A stretch of 64,000 nt of DNA from an uncultured bacterium (lineage in GTDB: Bacteria; Desulfobacterota; DSM-4660; Desulfatiglandales; JALVMZ01), in assembly GCA_965613025.1 (NCBI GenBank), contig CBFDUE010000005.1, forward strand, positions 1,950 to 65,949, read 5' to 3'. Shown here in pieces: positions 8,472-17,720 of this stretch. A program made the position numbers and the translations under genes. The notes beneath the pieces were generated by a model. The model ran no database searches, was not told where the DNA came from, and saw nothing but the letters and a program-made list of their open reading frames with translations. Each line of letters begins with the position of its first letter. The first letter of the stretch is position 1.

Positions 8472-8987
8472 ATGGGGATAAAAGAATCCATAGCTGCACA
8501 AGGCCATAGATTTGTGGTTCAGGAACATCACTCCCGAAAACTTCATTATGACTTTAGACTGGAGATCGGAGGTGTTTTAAAATCGTGGGCCATTCCCAAA
8601 GGGCCATCCCTTGACCCAACACAGAAGAGATTGGCTGTATTAGTGGAGGATCATCCATTGGAATATATGGATTTTGAAGGAATTATCCCTGAAGGACACT
8701 ATGGAGCTGGAGAGGTGGTAATATGGGATAAGGGTGATTTTAAACTCCTTGAAGGTGAAGATCCTTTGCAGGAATTTGAAAAGGGAAAGCTTGTCCTTGA
8801 ACTAAATGGAAGGATCTTAAAAGGGGGGTTCACTCTCCTTATGATGAAGGGAAGGGGGAAGGAAAACTGGCTTTTGATAAAGAGGAGGGATGAATTTAGT
8901 AAAAAGGGGTGGTCTCTAACCCCTGCACTTACAGATGAAAAGAGGAGGCTCCTAAGCACAAGGATACCTCCCTGTGATGCGAGATAG
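8472..8987 (+). CDS. Stand-alone LigD 3'-phosphoesterase (PE) domain protein
   Basis: [48 protein letters not shown]...YGAG.V..WD.G. Confidence 0.92.
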   Translation: MGIKESIAAQGHRFVVQEHHSRKLHYDFRLEIGGVLKSWAIPKGPSLDPTQKRLAVLVEDHPLEYMDFEGIIPEGHYGAGEVVIWDKGDFKLLEGEDPLQEFEKGKLVLELNGRILKGGFTLLMMKGRGKENWLLIKRRDEFSKKGWSLTPALTDEKRRLLSTRIPPCDAR

Positions 8988-9013
8988 GAATATTTTATCT
9001 TTTAGTTGAAACT

Positions 9014-10552
9014 ATGAAAAGAAGGTTTATATCTCTCCTTATTATCCTGTTACTCATTATAGCCCCAGATTGCCTCCTTTGTACTACTCACATTGTGATT
9101 CTACATACCAATGATCATCACGGCCATCCCGTTAAATATTCCTATAGAGGTCTTAAAGGGGTAGGAGGACTTCCTGCAAGGGCGACCTTGGTAAAAGAGA
9201 TTAGAAAGAGGGAAGGGGAGATATTGCTCTTAGATGCAGGGGATATAAATACAGGAATGCCAGAGTCCAATCTCTTCAGTGCCAGGCCCGATATATTGGG
9301 CTATAACTACATAGGCTATGATGCTATGACCCTGGGAAATCACGAATTTGACAATCCCCTTTCGGTATTGAAGACACAGATGGATTGGGCCAAGTTTCCC
9401 TTTATAAGTGCAAATCTATTGAAAAGGGATGGATCATATCTATCAAGACCCTATGTTATAGAAGAGATAAAAGGGAAAAAGATAGCTATCCTGGGTTTTA
9501 CCACCCCCTTTTCCCTATGTGCATTGGATAGAGAGACAAGGAAGATCTTAAGGATAGAAGATCCCATAGTGGCAGCAAATAGAATTGTGCCTGAGCTCAA
9601 GAGGAGATGTGATCTTCTCATCGCACTTACTCATCTTGGAATATATGAAGACGATAGGGAGCAGGGCTCCATTCAGCTTGCAAAAGAGGTAGATGGAATT
9701 GACCTTATAATTGATGGACATTCTCATACTAAGATGGATCATCCCATATGGGTCAAAAACAGGTATAGTGAGAAAAAGATCCCTATTTTGCAGGCCTGGA
9801 AATGGGGACTTGTAATGGGTAGGACCGATATCTGGATGGATGGCAGTAAAGATCTTGATCTGGAATTTAAATGTATCCCTATAAACTTAGATAGAAGGAA
9901 TGGGCATATTCCTGAAGACAGGAATCTTTTAAAGCTCTTATCTCCTTATGTAAGAGAGGTGGAAAAGAGGCTTTCTGAGATTGTGGGATATGCGGAACAT
10001 ACCCTTTCAAGCAAGGGCTCCAGGGAGGCAGAGACCCCTCTTGGGGATCTCATTGCAGATTCTATGCTCCACTTCACCAAGAGATGGAATGTGGATTTTG
10101 CCATCCAAAATGCTGGAGGTATCAGGGCGGATCTTCCCAGGGGCCCTATAACATTGAGAAAGATCTACGAGATCCTTCCATTTGATGATACCGTGGTGGT
10201 GCTAAGGCTCAGTGGCAGGGATCTTAGAGAGATGTTTGGGCATATCGCCACCCTTCCTCCAGGACATGGAGGATTCCCCCAGGTATCCGATGGGATATAT
10301 TTTGAGATAGATAGAGCAAGGGGTGAATGTAGAGATATAAAGATTAAAGGTAAGAGATTGAATCTTAAAAAGGTCTATACCATTGCAACTAATTCATACC
10401 TTTCTGAAGGTGGTGATGGTTATCATATGCTGAGGCGTTGTCTTTTTAGATATGATACTTCAAGATTTCAAAGGGATGTATTTGCAGAATATATCAGACA
10501 CTTAGGGACAGTCAAAAAAAGGTATGGAAGGAGAATAAGGATAGTCAATTGA
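9014..10552 (+). CDS. Secreted 5'-nucleotidase/UDP-sugar hydrolase (UshA-like)
   Basis: Signal peptide; LHTNDHHG, LLDAGD, LGNHEFD, LTHLG, DGHSHT, QNAGGIR. Confidence 0.9.
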   Translation: MKRRFISLLIILLLIIAPDCLLCTTHIVILHTNDHHGHPVKYSYRGLKGVGGLPARATLVKEIRKREGEILLLDAGDINTGMPESNLFSARPDILGYNYIGYDAMTLGNHEFDNPLSVLKTQMDWAKFPFISANLLKRDGSYLSRPYVIEEIKGKKIAILGFTTPFSLCALDRETRKILRIEDPIVAANRIVPELKRRCDLLIALTHLGIYEDDREQGSIQLAKEVDGIDLIIDGHSHTKMDHPIWVKNRYSEKKIPILQAWKWGLVMGRTDIWMDGSKDLDLEFKCIPINLDRRNGHIPEDRNLLKLLSPYVREVEKRLSEIVGYAEHTLSSKGSREAETPLGDLIADSMLHFTKRWNVDFAIQNAGGIRADLPRGPITLRKIYEILPFDDTVVVLRLSGRDLREMFGHIATLPPGHGGFPQVSDGIYFEIDRARGECRDIKIKGKRLNLKKVYTIATNSYLSEGGDGYHMLRRCLFRYDTSRFQRDVFAEYIRHLGTVKKRYGRRIRIVN

Positions 10553-11048
10553 GATTCAGACTTCTCTTCCATACCGCAATTACTGAACTTAAAGAGTCTT
10601 TGGCCTCCTTTTCATTTCCATCTACAAGGGAAGACCAGGTTCTGTTAAGATTTCTCTCTCCTTGGGCAAGTGGTACAAACAGCTCAGAGAATCTTCTATG
10701 GCCTATTTTAGACACTATCTCTGATCTTTTATCTGCAAAGGTGGCAATCTGACCCAGAATATGCTCAATCCTATCTTTCCTTTGATCTATAGAAAGTCTA
10801 TCCCATTGGTTCCAGAGATCTTCTACAGCATTTAATATGGATGAAAATCTCTCTTTAATATCAAAATGCTCCTCTTTACCTCTACCTCTATGTATATCAG
10901 TAGTGCTTCCATATCTTATCAATATGACCCCAACTAAAGACAATGTCACACATCCAATCAGGTGTATCCAGTTAATCTGAGGCCTTGCTGCAAAGAGGGA
11001 CCCAATTGAGATACCGAAAATAAATATTCCATATCCTATATACCTCAT
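10545..11048 (-). CDS. Hypothetical membrane protein (2 N-terminal TM helices), adjacent to the OPT gene
   Basis: 167 aa with two hydrophobic N-terminal segments; starts immediately after the OPT stop. Confidence 0.6.
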   Translation of the reverse strand: MRYIGYGIFIFGISIGSLFAARPQINWIHLIGCVTLSLVGVILIRYGSTTDIHRGRGKEEHFDIKERFSSILNAVEDLWNQWDRLSIDQRKDRIEHILGQIATFADKRSEIVSKIGHRRFSELFVPLAQGERNLNRTWSSLVDGNEKEAKDSLSSVIAVWKRSLNLN

Positions 11049-12755
11049 TTAAAACACTCCAAACATAACAAGGAATGAATACCCAAGTTCAGCAAGTGCC
11101 TCACCCACAATCAGACCCGCTGCAAATGGAACTCCTTTACTTTCAAACCACGATATACCCTTTTTCTTAACCAGCATCATATTGGCAACGCATCCAACTC
11201 CATAGCCAAGAGTAATTGAAAAGGGAAGATACATGGCAAGTCCTACCAATACCCCAAGTCCACCTCCTGGAAGCAGGGACATTACACCTCCTAATAGTCC
11301 TCCGGTAATGTACCTCTCAACAGGAGCATTACCACTTAAAACAGACTCAACCATTGCCTTTAGTGCCGATGCCTGTGGTGCAGGAAGGCAACCAGATGTG
11401 TTATTAATACATGCAGTACTTTGAGGACCAAAACCTGGGGTGCCATCAGGAGTATGCCATAGAAGTAATACGGTTAAGATACTCACTACAGGGCCAATCC
11501 AACCAAATAAGACCTGGACTATCTGCTGAGCCTTAGGTCTTGATCCAACCAAAAATCCTGTCTTCAGATCTTGCATCATATCAGCACATTGGGAAATCGC
11601 TACACAGACCGTCACTCCTATCAGTACAGATACAACCACATTACCACCACTAATGGCCAGTATCATGGTCACAGCAATAAGTGCAAGGCCTGATACTGGT
11701 GACATATCAGTCATCCCTGTACATTGGGCAACTATAATTCCTGCAAGGGCAAGCCAAAGAGTCCCGATTAAGGCAACCGCTAACCCTATTAAGATACCTC
11801 CTTGTGGGTTAACCATATAGGAAGAGGTGAATAACACTACTGCCGAGAGTATAATCGCTCCAATTATCACTTTATAAGAGAGCTCTTCAGAGGTTGAAAT
11901 TCCACTGCTTTCTTTTGCTCTTGCAAGTGATCTAATTGCTGCTGATATGGCAGGGGATGAGACCACCACCCCCATAAGAGCTCCTCCGATAAGCATTCCG
12001 ATCCCAAGTGGTCTTAAAAGGGAGGTGTAGAAATATTGTGTTGGATTGGTTACATGTGCAGAAAGCCAGCCTAAGTGATGAGAGGCAGGAGATATCACCC
12101 ACCATCCCAAAATCCCACCAAGAGCAAATGGAAGCCCCGGCCTCCCTGCTAGGAAACCGGCACCAAAATTCATAAGGCTTACGGAAATGGCAGTATTCAT
12201 ATATCTTGGGAGTCCTATCCAATCTCCAATCCTTAACATATCAGGTATAATACCTGTCTTTATAAGAATTACTGTAACAATGGATACAGTTGCCCCAGAG
12301 ATCAATAACTTTCCCTTTTCCATTCCTGCACCAGGTGCCTTTAATATGGCTGAAACAGCCACACCAGAAGGAAACCTCAATCTATCCAGTTCAATCATCT
12401 GTCTTCTGAGGGGGATTATGACCATAATACCCAAAAAAGAGCCTGCTACTGCTGCAAGAATTAATGAGCTCAAAGGGAAGGGCTTACCCATAAGAAGAAG
12501 AGCAGGGAAGGTAAATATTATCCCCGCGCTTGATATATTTATGGCACTTGCTACTGTCTGATTTATATTATTTTCCACGATGGTTCCTTTTTTCATTATT
12601 CCTTTTAGAAATATGAAACCCAGGATAGCAGCCACTGTGGAACCTGTCATTGTAAATCCCAATTTAAGCCCTGCATAGGTAAATGCCATTGTCATTAGAA
12701 TACCTTGAATAACACCAAGGATAAGAGCGGCTTTAGTTATTTCCCGATACCTCAT
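11049..12755 (-). CDS. OPT/YSL family oligopeptide transporter
   Basis: YAGLKLG, ENNINQTVASA, L.FPSG.A, DMMQDLKTG.L.G..P, LPAPQA; many TM segments. Confidence 0.9.
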   Translation of the reverse strand: MRYREITKAALILGVIQGILMTMAFTYAGLKLGFTMTGSTVAAILGFIFLKGIMKKGTIVENNINQTVASAINISSAGIIFTFPALLLMGKPFPLSSLILAAVAGSFLGIMVIIPLRRQMIELDRLRFPSGVAVSAILKAPGAGMEKGKLLISGATVSIVTVILIKTGIIPDMLRIGDWIGLPRYMNTAISVSLMNFGAGFLAGRPGLPFALGGILGWWVISPASHHLGWLSAHVTNPTQYFYTSLLRPLGIGMLIGGALMGVVVSSPAISAAIRSLARAKESSGISTSEELSYKVIIGAIILSAVVLFTSSYMVNPQGGILIGLAVALIGTLWLALAGIIVAQCTGMTDMSPVSGLALIAVTMILAISGGNVVVSVLIGVTVCVAISQCADMMQDLKTGFLVGSRPKAQQIVQVLFGWIGPVVSILTVLLLWHTPDGTPGFGPQSTACINNTSGCLPAPQASALKAMVESVLSGNAPVERYITGGLLGGVMSLLPGGGLGVLVGLAMYLPFSITLGYGVGCVANMMLVKKKGISWFESKGVPFAAGLIVGEALAELGYSFLVMFGVF

Positions 12756-12843
12756 TCTTAGGAATGGTAGTAAAAAATTAGTCTTTTTTAACTTTTGAGG
12801 GGAAGAATTAATTAAAGATAAATATAACTGTCAAGATAAAAAA

Positions 12844-12921
12844 TGGGGTGGATGATGGGACTCGAACCCATGACCTCTGGGGCCACAACCCAGTGCTCTA
12901 ACCAGCTGAGCTACACCCACC
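12844..12921 (-). tRNA. tRNA-His(GTG)
   Basis: Reverse complement reads GGTGGGTGTAGCTCAGCTGGTTAGAGCA-CTGGG-TTGTGGC-CCCAG-AGGTCATGGGTTCGAGTCCCATCATCCACCCCA. G-1 and CCA are encoded. Confidence 0.95.
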
Positions 12922-13048
12922 ACAACTTAAAAGATTATATAGCCATTCAAAGGTAAAAGTTCAAGTGCAAATTTAATTCCTATCTTATCAATTGGGTTTG
13001 ACCATACCCCCTTTTTTGATTATATCTGAAAGACTAAAGGAGAGATAT

Positions 13049-14455
13049 ATGGTTGATTTTCATCTTTTTAGAAAGATCCCATCAGTAGATAGGTTATTAA
13101 ATCATGAAAAGATCAGATCCTTGGCCACTCTTTATCCCCAGTCCCTCATCTTAAAGGCAATACACAATGTATTGGAAGAGATCAGAGAGGGTATAAAGAG
13201 AGGATCAATTGAAGGGGAAGATCTTGATCTACTTCGTATAATCTCTTCCATAAGAGATGAGACAGATAGGATTTCCAGGCCAAACCTTATCCCTGTGATA
13301 AATGCTACAGGAATAATAGTTCATACAAATCTGGGAAGATCTTTGCTCTCTGATGCTGTAGTCAAGGATTTTCACCTGATTGCCTCAAATTACAGTAACT
13401 TGGAGTTTGACCTTAGAGTGGGAAGAAGGGGAAGCAGATATGTGCATGTGGAAGAGATACTAAAGGAGCTTACCGGATCTGAAGCTGCAATGGTGGTTAA
13501 TAACAACGCTGCAGCAGTACTGCTTTGCCTTGATACCTTTGCAAGGGGAAGAAAGGTGATAGTCTCAAGGGGGGAACTTATAGAGATTGGTGGTTCTTTC
13601 AGGATGCCTGAGGTCATGAAAAGGGGTGGGGCAGAGATGGTGGAGGTGGGAACCACCAATAAGACCCACCTTAAAGATTATGAAGATGCTATAGATGAAG
13701 ATACTTCCATAATCTTGAAGGTGCACAAGAGCAACTATGAGATTGTGGGATTCTCAGAGGAGGTATCCATAGAAGAGCTGGTGAAGCTGGGGAGGAGATA
13801 TGGAAAGATAGTGATGGAGGATCTGGGAAGCGGATGCTTTGTGGATTTTTCAAAGTACGGGTTGATGAAGGAACCCCTGGTTCAAGAAAGTGTTAAGGCA
13901 GGGGTGGATATTATAACCTTTAGCGGTGATAAGCTATTGGGAGGCCCTCAGGCAGGCATAATACTTGGAAAGGGGGAGCTGATTGAATTATTGAGGAAGA
14001 ATCAACTGGCAAGAGCGCTTAGGATTGATAAGCTCACACTCTTTGCTTTGGAAAGAACACTCAGACTATACAGGGATGAGGATATGGCCATTGAAAAGAT
14101 TCCCACACTTAGAATGATATGTGAACCATATGAAAGGGTCAAAAGGAGGGCGATGAGACTAAAGAGAAGGATTGGTAAGCTAAATACCCCTAATTTCCAA
14201 GTCCGGATTGAGGATGTCTTTTCCAAGACCGGCGGTGGAGCCCTTCCTCTTATGGATATCCCAAGTGTATCCCTTTCCCTTTATCCTCAAAGACTTTCAG
14301 ATACATATATGGAGGAGTGGTTGAGATCCTATGATCCTCCCATAATAGGAAGGGTGGAAGACAGAAGGGTGATATTGGATATGAGAACCGTAAAAGACGC
14401 TCAACTTAATACATTAAAAGACGCAATACTGAGACTTTCATTGCAGGAGGTATAA
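13049..14455 (+). CDS. selA: L-seryl-tRNA(Sec) selenium transferase
   Basis: VINATG.IVHTNLGR, VVNNNAAAV, SRGELIEIGGSFR, EVGTTNKT, EDLGSG, FSGDKLLGGPQAG. ATG 13049 follows AAGGAG. Confidence 0.96.
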   Translation: MVDFHLFRKIPSVDRLLNHEKIRSLATLYPQSLILKAIHNVLEEIREGIKRGSIEGEDLDLLRIISSIRDETDRISRPNLIPVINATGIIVHTNLGRSLLSDAVVKDFHLIASNYSNLEFDLRVGRRGSRYVHVEEILKELTGSEAAMVVNNNAAAVLLCLDTFARGRKVIVSRGELIEIGGSFRMPEVMKRGGAEMVEVGTTNKTHLKDYEDAIDEDTSIILKVHKSNYEIVGFSEEVSIEELVKLGRRYGKIVMEDLGSGCFVDFSKYGLMKEPLVQESVKAGVDIITFSGDKLLGGPQAGIILGKGELIELLRKNQLARALRIDKLTLFALERTLRLYRDEDMAIEKIPTLRMICEPYERVKRRAMRLKRRIGKLNTPNFQVRIEDVFSKTGGGALPLMDIPSVSLSLYPQRLSDTYMEEWLRSYDPPIIGRVEDRRVILDMRTVKDAQLNTLKDAILRLSLQEV

Positions 14456-14466
14456 GGATAGATACT

Positions 14467-15048
14467 ATGGAGAGCATAATCAGAGAGGCATTGTCTGAAA
14501 GTATTAAGACAAAAGAGAGATTAATAGAGGAGTATGCTGATAAGATCATTGGGATATCTGAGAAGATTGCCATTTCAATAAAAAATGGAAATAAGTTGAT
14601 GCTATGTGGAAATGGGGGAAGTGCGGCAGATTCCCAACATATTGCAGCTGAATTTGTAAACAGATTTCTTATAGAGAGAAGGCCTCTTCCTGCAATTGCT
14701 CTTACAACAGACAGTTCCATATTGACAAGTATTGGCAATGACTATTCATTTGAGGATATCTTTTCAAAACAGGTAAGAGCCTTAGGGAAAAGTGGGGATA
14801 TCCTAATAGGCATAAGCACAAGCGGAAGCTCAAGGAATGTGATAAATGCCATTAAGGTTGCAAAAGAGATGGAGATATATACTGTGGCATTTAGTGGAGG
14901 GGAGGGAGGAGAGCTTTCAGAGGTATCAGATATGAGCTTTAATATCAGGGGTAAAAATACTGCCAGAATACAAGAAACCCATATATTCTTGGGACATGTT
15001 ATATGTGAGCTGGTAGATAATATCCTATTTAAAGGAAAAGAAAGATGA
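14467..15048 (+). CDS. gmhA: D-sedoheptulose-7-phosphate isomerase
   Basis: CGNGGSAADSQH.AAE, LPAIALTTD, GNDY.F, ISTSGSS.NV, TARIQE.H. Confidence 0.95.
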   Translation: MESIIREALSESIKTKERLIEEYADKIIGISEKIAISIKNGNKLMLCGNGGSAADSQHIAAEFVNRFLIERRPLPAIALTTDSSILTSIGNDYSFEDIFSKQVRALGKSGDILIGISTSGSSRNVINAIKVAKEMEIYTVAFSGGEGGELSEVSDMSFNIRGKNTARIQETHIFLGHVICELVDNILFKGKER

Positions 15049-16001
15049 AGGAGATCAGGCCCTTAGACCTAAGTAATGTTAAGAGATATCCTCTCTCCGA
15101 GCGAAAGAGCAAGGTAAGTATAAGTGATTTTTCTAAGAGCTGGAGCAAGGGAGGAAGTTTTAGGCAGTGGATAGAGACCCTTCCAAGGATATTGGCAGCC
15201 AGAGAGCTATTGGAAGTAAGAGATAGGATTATTAAAGCCTATAGGGATAAAAGGCCCATAATATTGGGTATGGGTGCTCATCCCATAAAGGTTGGGCTTA
15301 GCCCAATTATCATAGATCTTATGGAAAGGGGAATAATTACTGCAATTGCCACAAACGGTGCCTCTATTGTGCACGATGCAGAGATTGCAATGATTGGAAA
15401 GACATCTGAAGATGTGGGGGAACAGCTTAGAAATGGAAGGTTTGGTCTTTCAGAAGAGACAGGCCACTTCTTAAATCAGGCTATAAGATGGGGAGCAGAA
15501 AGGGACATGGGGCTGGGGCAGGCAATAGGTAAAAGGATTGCTGAATCTGATTTTCCTTATAAGGAGTTTAGTATATTTTCAAATGCCCTAAATTTAGACA
15601 TACCTATAACAGTCCATGTTGCCATTGGAACAGATATAATCCATATCCATCCCGAAGTAGATGGAGCTTCCATTGGAAAGTGCTCCCATAGAGATTTTTT
15701 AATATTTTCTAAACTTATTTCAGATCTGGATGGCGGAGTATTCATTAATCTGGGATCTGCTGTTATTATACCTGAGGTATTTTTAAAGGCGCTTAGCTTG
15801 GTGAGGAACTTAGGATACAGAGTTAAGGATATTACCACACTTACTATGGATTTCATAAGGCAATATAGGGCAATGCATAATGTGGTTTCAAGGCCCACCC
15901 TTGAAGGAGGGAAGGGCTATTATATTGTGGGGCATCATGAGATAATGTTTCCCCTATTATATGCCTCTCTGATTGAGGCATTTGGGGAGAATGAGGCGTG
16001 A
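15045..16001 (+). CDS. Conserved hypothetical protein, deoxyhypusine-synthase-like fold
   Basis: GAHPIKVGL, IATNGA..VHD.E, TVHVAIGTDI.H, N.GSAVI.PEVFLKA, GHHEIMFP. Overlaps gmhA by ATGA. Confidence 0.6.
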   Translation: MKEIRPLDLSNVKRYPLSERKSKVSISDFSKSWSKGGSFRQWIETLPRILAARELLEVRDRIIKAYRDKRPIILGMGAHPIKVGLSPIIIDLMERGIITAIATNGASIVHDAEIAMIGKTSEDVGEQLRNGRFGLSEETGHFLNQAIRWGAERDMGLGQAIGKRIAESDFPYKEFSIFSNALNLDIPITVHVAIGTDIIHIHPEVDGASIGKCSHRDFLIFSKLISDLDGGVFINLGSAVIIPEVFLKALSLVRNLGYRVKDITTLTMDFIRQYRAMHNVVSRPTLEGGKGYYIVGHHEIMFPLLYASLIEAFGENEA

Positions 16002-16411
16002 AGGAGGCTATAAGAGATAAGTTCTCTGATATCAAGAAAGCCCTTTCTCCCTATTTTAAGGGGCATGGAGATGTACTTTTTGCATATCTCTTTGGCAGCT
16101 GTGCAAGGGAGGAGACAACTTCACTTAGCGATATAGATATTGCAGTGTATCTTAAGAGATGTGACTTTGAAAAAGAGAGGATAGCACTTCTTGTGGATAT
16201 ATGTGATATACTAAAAAGGGATGATGTGGACTTAGTGATACTGAACAAGGCCCCTTTACCCCTTGCATTTAGAATTATCAGGGACAGGAAGATACTTGCA
16301 GATAATGCCCCTTTTATTAGACATGCATTTGAATCTTTGACAATAAGGATGTATCTGGATTTTTCAATACTTGAGCGAAGAATCCTATATAGGAGATATC
16401 TTAGTGGTTGA
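15998..16411 (+). CDS. MntA-family nucleotidyltransferase antitoxin (type VII TA)
   Basis: YLFGS-X10-DID (FGSCAREETTSLSDIDIAV) and VDLV.LN.AP. Confidence 0.88.
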   Translation: MKEAIRDKFSDIKKALSPYFKGHGDVLFAYLFGSCAREETTSLSDIDIAVYLKRCDFEKERIALLVDICDILKRDDVDLVILNKAPLPLAFRIIRDRKILADNAPFIRHAFESLTIRMYLDFSILERRILYRRYLSG

Positions 16412-16829
16412 TAAGATTCTTATAATGAACAAACTTTCAAAACTGGAACTTTATATTAAACAGATCTCAGAGTATCAGAATATCTCCTATGAAGATTATA
16501 TAAATAACTGGAAAGTTCAAAGGATAATTGAGAGGACTTTACAGATAATGATCGAGACATGTTTAGATATTGCTGCTCATATAATATCAGATAAGGGATT
16601 TCCTTCTCCAATTTCTTATTCACATATGTTTAAGATACTCATTGATAATAATATCTTAGATAAGGATAGACTTGATACTTACCAGAAAATGGCACGATTT
16701 AGAAACATATTGGTTCATCAATATGAGGATATAGATCCCTCCATTATACTTTCTATTGTTAAAAAGAACCTAAAAGACTTTAACTACTTTAGAGATTCAA
16801 TTATTAAGTTTTTAAAGGAAGAAGAATAG
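16404..16829 (+). CDS. HepT/DUF86 HEPN RNase toxin
   Basis: ERTLQ..IE.C.DIA.HII and the R-X4-H-X-Y motif RNILVHQY. GTG 16404 follows AGGAG. Confidence 0.88.
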   Translation: MVDKILIMNKLSKLELYIKQISEYQNISYEDYINNWKVQRIIERTLQIMIETCLDIAAHIISDKGFPSPISYSHMFKILIDNNILDKDRLDTYQKMARFRNILVHQYEDIDPSIILSIVKKNLKDFNYFRDSIIKFLKEEE

Positions 16830-16909
16830 TATTCTGCATGGAGTCTGGTTATTTGCCCTATTACCCCGGGTATATAACTGTTTCCCATATCTATTATGGA
16901 AAGTTCCAT
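16784..16909 (-). pseudogene. Truncated GNAT acetyltransferase N-terminus
   Basis: GGAG SD, then MELSIIDMGNSYIPGVIGQITRLHAEYYS. YIPG.IG.I..LH..YY is recalled as a GNAT N-terminal motif. The resemblance stops where the hepT 3' end begins. Confidence 0.55.
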
Positions 16910-16993
16910 AGATTTGAATTGCTCCCAGATATTAATTAAATTATAATATAAAATTTAAGACATAATTTAAAATAATTTTAGTGAGGTGTTATT

Positions 16994-17209
16994 ATGCCCA
17001 TATATGAATACAGATGCAAGAGCTGTAATAACAGATTTGAATATTTGGTAATGGGCTCTGTAGAGAGCATCAGCTGTCCAAAATGTAGTGCTCAGGAGGT
17101 GGAAAGGCTGATTTCCACCTTTAGTTTTAAAAGTGACACAAGGTTTTCTTCCTCCATGGGAAGTGGTTGTAGTACATGTTCCAGCAAAAATTGTAGCTCC
17201 TGTAATTAG
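16994..17209 (+). CDS. FmdB-family zinc ribbon protein
   Basis: MPIYEYRC..C...FE...CP.C and a Cys-rich tail. Confidence 0.88.
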   Translation: MPIYEYRCKSCNNRFEYLVMGSVESISCPKCSAQEVERLISTFSFKSDTRFSSSMGSGCSTCSSKNCSSCN

Positions 17210-17219
17210 TTGTAGGGAT

Positions 17220-17705
17220 ATGGATTACAGAGTGGGTTTTGGATATGATATCCATCCCCTTAAAGAGAAGAGATCTCTTATAGTTGGGGGAGTAGATATC
17301 CCGTCTGAGTTAGGGACTATTGCCCACTCAGACGGAGATGTGCTGGTTCATGCAATTATTGATGCACTCTTAGGCGCCATTGCATCTGGCAATATAGGGA
17401 TGCACTTTCCAGATACTGATCCTCAAAACAGAGGAAGGGAAAGCATTTCAATGCTAAGAGAAGTGGTCCTTCTTTTGGAAAAGGAGGGATTTAGGATAAA
17501 TAATGTGGATAGCACCATTGTTTTAGAAAGCCCAAGACTTTCCCCCTATGTTGAAAAGATGAAACAGAGGCTTTCAGAGGTATTAAAGATTGAGGGTGAT
17601 AGGATAAATATAAAGCCTAAAAGAGGGGAAGGCCTGGGTGATGTGGGAAGAGGTAAGGCTATAGAGGCCTATGCTGTAGTTATAGTGTATAAAGATAATA
17701 GATGA
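17220..17705 (+). CDS. ispF: 2-C-methyl-D-erythritol 2,4-cyclodiphosphate synthase
   Basis: RVGFGYDIH, HSDGDV..HAI.DALLGA, HFPDTD. Start at ATG 17220. Confidence 0.93.
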   Translation: MDYRVGFGYDIHPLKEKRSLIVGGVDIPSELGTIAHSDGDVLVHAIIDALLGAIASGNIGMHFPDTDPQNRGRESISMLREVVLLLEKEGFRINNVDSTIVLESPRLSPYVEKMKQRLSEVLKIEGDRINIKPKRGEGLGDVGRGKAIEAYAVVIVYKDNR

Positions 17706-17720
17706 AGCGAGGTCATTAAT

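Noticed and set aside
12844-12921. tRNA-His (or tRNA-Thr at 46144) as an island integration site
   Set aside because: I found no duplicated tRNA 3' end in the window and no intact integrase next to either tRNA.
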